A stretch of DNA of 64,000 nucleotides, taken from the human T2T-CHM13v2.0 reference genome, Homo sapiens. Positions 56,321-64,000 of the stretch are shown in pieces (the stretch's first letter is position 1; each line of letters begins with the position of its first letter). Position numbers and translations under genes: made by a program. Where the stretch lies: NCBI RefSeq assembly GCF_009914755.1, contig NC_060925.1. One strand, written 5' to 3'. Below the pieces are notes generated by a model. It ran no database searches, had not been told where the DNA came from, and worked only from the letters and a program-made list of their open reading frames with translations.

Positions 56321-57025
56321 TAAGTCCAACTCCATTCACTCTCTTGTGTCTGGAAGTAGAAATCACTGATATTATCTATGTTAATACAGTGAAAAAACAT
56401 CCAGTGTTGTCCCTCTTTCCATCCTCACCCCCACACCTCCACCACTAATACTGTCTCAGTGATGTGCAATATCCAAGGCTTGATTTAGGTCTAATGAATA
56501 TCTCTCAACACAGAACACTTTGGGTTTCCCAGCACAAGAATTGAAAAAAGCACATGGTACTCTCCCAGCTGAGATTCTTAGCCTCTTTTTTCCCCTACTG
56601 TGAGCAGTGTCACCCAGGTGCCCTCACTCATCTATTTTAAATACACTCACCATCTCTGCTAACAGCTTCAGCCTCTGTTAATCAGGTAGCTTTTCATTAA
56701 TGTTCTTATCCTTGTCCCAGCATCTTATTTGTCATGCTTTATTAGTAGACATGATAAGTCATAAATCTTAGTTCCTCTTAGCTTCTTAGTATCTGTTGTC
56801 AAGTTGAAGATCCCAGACAGAGGGAGATGAGAACTGGTTCATTACAGAGTGACTCTTTCTAATATCTCCTTGGTTCTTTATGATACTAATACATTCTTCC
56901 CACTGCAGTTGCCTTTTTCTCTATTTAGCTCCAATACAATTCATAGAAATGAGATCATTCGGCTTAAGGGTACATTATCTTCACTTCAACCCATCCTTCT
57001 TTAAGATGAACAATGCTGCCTTTAG

Positions 57026-58188
<1,163 letters not shown>

Positions 58189-58564
58189 CAAAATATATAC
58201 ATAATATGATCTCGGCTATGGAAAAGAAAAACATTCAGTGGAAAAAAGCTTAAAGGGAAGAGCACCAAAAAAAAAAAAAAAAAAAGATCAAGCAAGATAA
58301 TCGATGTTAAGTACTTTATATAGTGCCTGTACCATGGTAAATGCTTAATAATTGTTAGCTATGATGACAATAATGATGATTAAAATGGTCTTTCCATACA
58401 CTCTGCATACCATCCCTCTGACTGACCTGATGATTATAATTATTCCCTAACTACTAGCAAAGAAGCTTCAGTCTCCCTTCACTTCTGCTTTTAAACAGTT
58501 TTCTCCTATTTTACAAAAAAGAGTGTGTCCTTTTCTTCCCTTTTCCAGCTCTTCATAAACACAG

Positions 58565-58994
58565 TGTATTAGTCCATTCCTTCATTGCTATAAATAAATA
58601 CCTGAGACTGGGTAATTTATAAAGAAAAGAGGTTTAATTGTCTCATGGTTCTGCAGGCTGTACAGAAAGCACGATGCTGACATCTGCTCAGCTTCTGGGG
58701 AGTCCTCAGGAAACTTACAATCATGGCAAAAGGTAAAGGGGGAGCAAGGTGTCTTACATGGTAGAGTAGGAGCAAGAGAGAGAGTGGGGAGGTGCTACAC
58801 ACTTATAAACGACCAGATCTCATGATAACTCACTCACTCACTATCATGAGAACAGCACTGAGCAGATGATGCTACGCCATTCATAAGAACTCTGCCCCCA
58901 TGATCCAATCACCTCCCACCAGGTCCCACCACCAATAGTGGGGATTATCATTAAACATTGGATTTGGGTGGGGACACAGATCCAAACCATATCA
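58565..58994 (-). mobile_element. MSTA/MSTB-like MaLR solo LTR
   Basis: tgtattagtccatt..atacctgagactgggtaatttataaagaaaagagg..gggacacagatccaaaccatatca. Confidence 0.9.
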
Positions 58995-59464
58995 CGTGGT
59001 TTTTCATTTCTGACTCTTCTACCCAATTTATTCTTAATTCCTTTCAATCAAGCTTTTATCCTCAATACTTTAATTTTCTGTACAAGTTACCAATCACCTG
59101 TGAGCCACATGAAATATTATTTTCAAAGTCCTACTATTCCTTTCAAGTCCTACTGGGCTTTCTGTAGCTTTTGACAGAATTGTCCATTTTCTCATTTTTC
59201 GCTACCATGACCACTGAACTATCATTTTTCATTTTCTACTGGTGGTAGATTAAATTACAGGTATTACTTCTTGCTTCCCCTAAGCAACATTATTCATTCC
59301 CATGCAATGGTCTTGTATGTAACAGAATCCCCTGCTTCTTGTCTTTCAACGTGACCATATGACTTTGAAAAATGAGATATTGGAAGGTGTATCATGAACA
59401 AAGATTTGAAATGTGCTTGAATAGTTGGAGTTTCCCTCTTTTAAAAAATTTTTATATTTCTAAA

Positions 59465-59781
59465 TCTTTATTTATTTATTTTTTAGAGACATCTCACTCT
59501 GTTGTCCAGGCTGGCGTTCAGTAGGGCGATTATAGCTTACTGCAGCATTCAACTCCTGGGCTCAAGTGATTCTCTCTCCTCAGCCTACCATGTAGCTGGG
59601 ACTACAGGTGCATGCCACTGTGCCCAGCTTATTTTTTTTTACTTTTTGTAGAGATGGAGAGGGTCTCACTGTGTTTGCCAGGCTTGAACTCCTGACCTCA
59701 GCCATCCTCCTAATTCAGCCATCCTCCTAACTCAGCCCCCCAAAGTTCTGGGATTACAGGCATGAGCCACCAGGCCCAGCC
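59465..59781 (-). mobile_element. AluJ-like element
   Basis: Diverged reverse Alu with an internal 17-bp tandem duplication tcagccatcctcctaa. Confidence 0.88.
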
Positions 59782-61179
59782 CTAGGGTTCCCATCTTATG
59801 CCCCTGATTCAAAGACATAAAAAGAAAAGAAAATACAAAAATAATATGTGAATCAAGAGAAATTACTCCAGATACAGTCAATGGTAAATAATCATAGGGA
59901 GATTTATGAAAATAAAAGACTTAAAGAATTTCAAAAAGTCAAACAGACCAATAATTACAATAGACAATGAGATAGTAGTGAAAAAATAGATAAATATAAT
60001 TCAGTTAAGTGGAATTGAGAGGCTCTAATTCAGTTCTTAAAGCTTCTACATGATTCTAATATGCAGTCAAGTTTGAGTCACTGGTCTAACTTAGTTTTGA
60101 TAGTTTTAGTCCAAGGCTGGGGATTAATTTAGCCCTGCGCACGTGACATAATTCTGGCCAATGAAGCACAAAGAAAAGTCTACTGAGGTTGGAGAATATA
60201 AGCTTCTTGGAAAAGTTTCTTCACTTTTAAAAGGAGTCAAAGAAAAAAAAAGTCTTCTACATCTGCTGGGCACTGTAGCAGCTGCATGTAGCCCTGGAAG
60301 TCTGGCAAAGGGCAATGCCCATGTGGAGGTGAAGGACAGGAAAGACAGAAGAAACCTGATGCTGTCTTTGAGTCACTAAATTAAACAGTGCTGAAGAAGC
60401 TGTACATTAAGACATCTCACAATGTAAGAGAATAAATTTTCCTGCTGTTTAAGACAATTCAAGTTAGATATTTCTATTACTTAGAGCTGAAAGCATCCTG
60501 ATACTATGACTAAGCAGGACTTACCCTAGAAATATAAGAAGTGGCCAATATTAGAAAATCTGGCAAACATGCCATACTTTCTTCTGTATATACTCCAGAA
60601 TAACTCTCTCAAAGGTCTCATGGAAACATGAACAGGGATATTCATCACAGCACTATTCACAAATAGTGAATACCAAGGCAAGAGAGGAAACCTAAGTCCA
60701 CCACAAAGAATTCGATAAGTAAAATGTAGTAGTTTTGCACAGCACTGAATACTGTGCAGAACCATGTCAGGCACAATACAATAGATTTTTATATTTTTTC
60801 ATCAATATATACACACATATTCATATACATATAGCAGCATACATACATATATATATCAGCATAGCTATAATGCCAAAGATCATAGTGTTTAATGAAAAAA
60901 AGGAAATATATTAATAGCACAATACCTTTTAAGTAAATTAAACTCATATACCCCTAACATATACACATAACCCAGTGCATATTTCTCAGGGTTACGTATA
61001 TCTCCAAATACACAGACTGAAGGCAGAATGGTGGATTAAAGGGGTAAGAACAACAGCAAAGAAACAAACCAAGGTTGATAGTGTTCCACACACTCAGGAG
61101 TATGATTAATTCAATTTCCTACACTTGAAGGGAAGGAAGGAAGGAGGAAATGAAAAAGGAAGGCAAAAGAAGAGAAATG

Positions 61180-62410
<1,231 letters not shown>

Positions 62411-64000
62411 GAAACATCTCTGTTTGGCATCTCAAATTTTACAATACCAAACCTGAATCCTTCCATCTACCTTCCTCCCATCCTACATCTACTTGTCTCT
62501 CTGCTTTCTCCATTTCAGTTGACAGCCACTCATTGGAATTTGCTTGTTTAACAGTAGGAAAATTTCTTCTTCCCATTTCCCTAGGATTCAATTCCTCACT
62601 CTGCCATAATGGGACAGGTTATGACATATTCCCTGAAATTATACTAGAGCCAGGGCTAACTAGGTCTATGGGAAAAATTGAAATATTTTAAATGCTCTTC
62701 TCCCTACATCTACAGAGGTCCCCTGAGGTTCTTCTATCTCTGTGGGGTCTCTGCTTTTATAAGCTTCTCTTGAGAGGCATTGAAAATGGGACAGCATTTA
62801 ACATAAACAAGCTGAAGAGGAAACCAGTGCAATCCCTGTTCCTTCAAGGAGCCATAAAGCGATGAGTAGCACAAAGCGCTCAGCTCTGTATGGGGCAGTG
62901 AAGGACATCTAGTTTTCTCATGGAAACGCTTAGCACCCTTAGCGTCACTAAGTGCCAATATACCCCTCTAAGTGCATGGTCAAATGCAGGCATAATTTGT
63001 TCTGCCTCCAGAGGATTACAGTAAAAATTAACTCAAAATGGATTAAGTATACCAGATTGCCTTCTCCACCCTGCCTACCCAAGCATTTAACCTTACCGCT
63101 CAGCCTCAGAGATAACGAGCTCACAGGTACTTCTCTCTTGAGGGAGATCTAAGTCAATTTAGGATGACTTTAATCCTCTGAATTAAAAAAAAAAAAAAAA
63201 AGTCACCACAAAGCCTGAATCTCATAGTTCACCAATCAGGACAAACAATTTGTTTGCAAAAAATGCTACTTGCTTTTGCAGGTGGAAAACTACTTTCTAG
63301 AAATTTACTAATTATAGCTGTAGTTGATGTGGTCATTCATATGAGCAAGAAGAGAGAGAGAGGAATAGAGCAGGGACGTAAGTGGAAGGTGGAAGACTGG
63401 GCTGCAGGAGTCTGAAGCAGGACACTGACTGCCGTCTCACAGAAAGTCTCATAGGTGTATAAAACAGCAAGGAAAGTGGCTCTGAGTCTCAGCTGCCCTG
63501 AGGGAGGATGGATGATGCTGAAATCTCAGGAACTGGGCAGGTCATCAAAGCAGGTAGGGCAAAGAATCCATTTCCTTCACATTGAAGTCACACGATGCTC
63601 CATTTTCTACATTTGCATCAGGACCCATCTGCTTCATGAGCAACATTACTGACAATGATGGGACCCTCATCACTATCCAAAAGTTCCTCTCAAAATCTGC
63701 TCCCATTTTCACTGCACTATTCCATACAATTTATTCAATCCATTTATTTTGCAAATAACTGAACATGTCCTATATACATATCATGGTACAACCTTCTGAA
63801 GAAAATATAAAGATATCTATAGCCTGTGTACTCAGAGCTCCCCTAACACTGGAAATAAAAATTATTTAATTTTTTGTTTTCTACACTAGGTCATTAGCTC
63901 CAAATGGAAGGGACCTTGCCTATCTTGCTCATCATTGCATTTCCAGCATGATACCACCTGATACATAGGTGATAATGAATAAATTAATGATCTCTTTCCT

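Overview
Primate (very likely human) AT-rich, repeat-dense non-coding DNA, intronic or intergenic. I find no intact protein-coding gene, RNA gene or CRISPR array. The main gene-derived feature is a ~5 kb minus-strand processed pseudogene of importin-7 (IPO7): 5'UTR, disrupted full-length CDS and ~1.7 kb putative 3'UTR, inserted into an old Alu without a poly(A) tail. The rest is mostly L1 (three young 5'-truncated L1PA copies, one older L1PA, several L1M relics), about a dozen Alus, MaLR/ERV1 solo LTRs, hAT/Tigger DNA-transposon fossils, MIR/L2 fragments and microsatellites. I recall an importin pseudogene in a large KCNH1 intron at 1q32, but cannot confirm the locus without BLAT. I see no new gene system. 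The most notable signals are genome-dynamics fossils: (1) neighbouring L1 copies of apparently different subfamilies share private variants, including the same premature stop, suggesting L1-L1 gene conversion; (2) a probable L1 3' transduction; (3) an Alu-left-arm/L1 fusion; (4) an in-frame 24-nt gap in the IPO7 retrocopy that may record an alternative splice donor; (5) a ~154-bp AT-rich palindrome; (6) four local dispersed duplications of 55-235 bp, one with a fold-back junction. Repeat subfamily names come from remembered consensus sequences and boundaries of old repeats are approximate.
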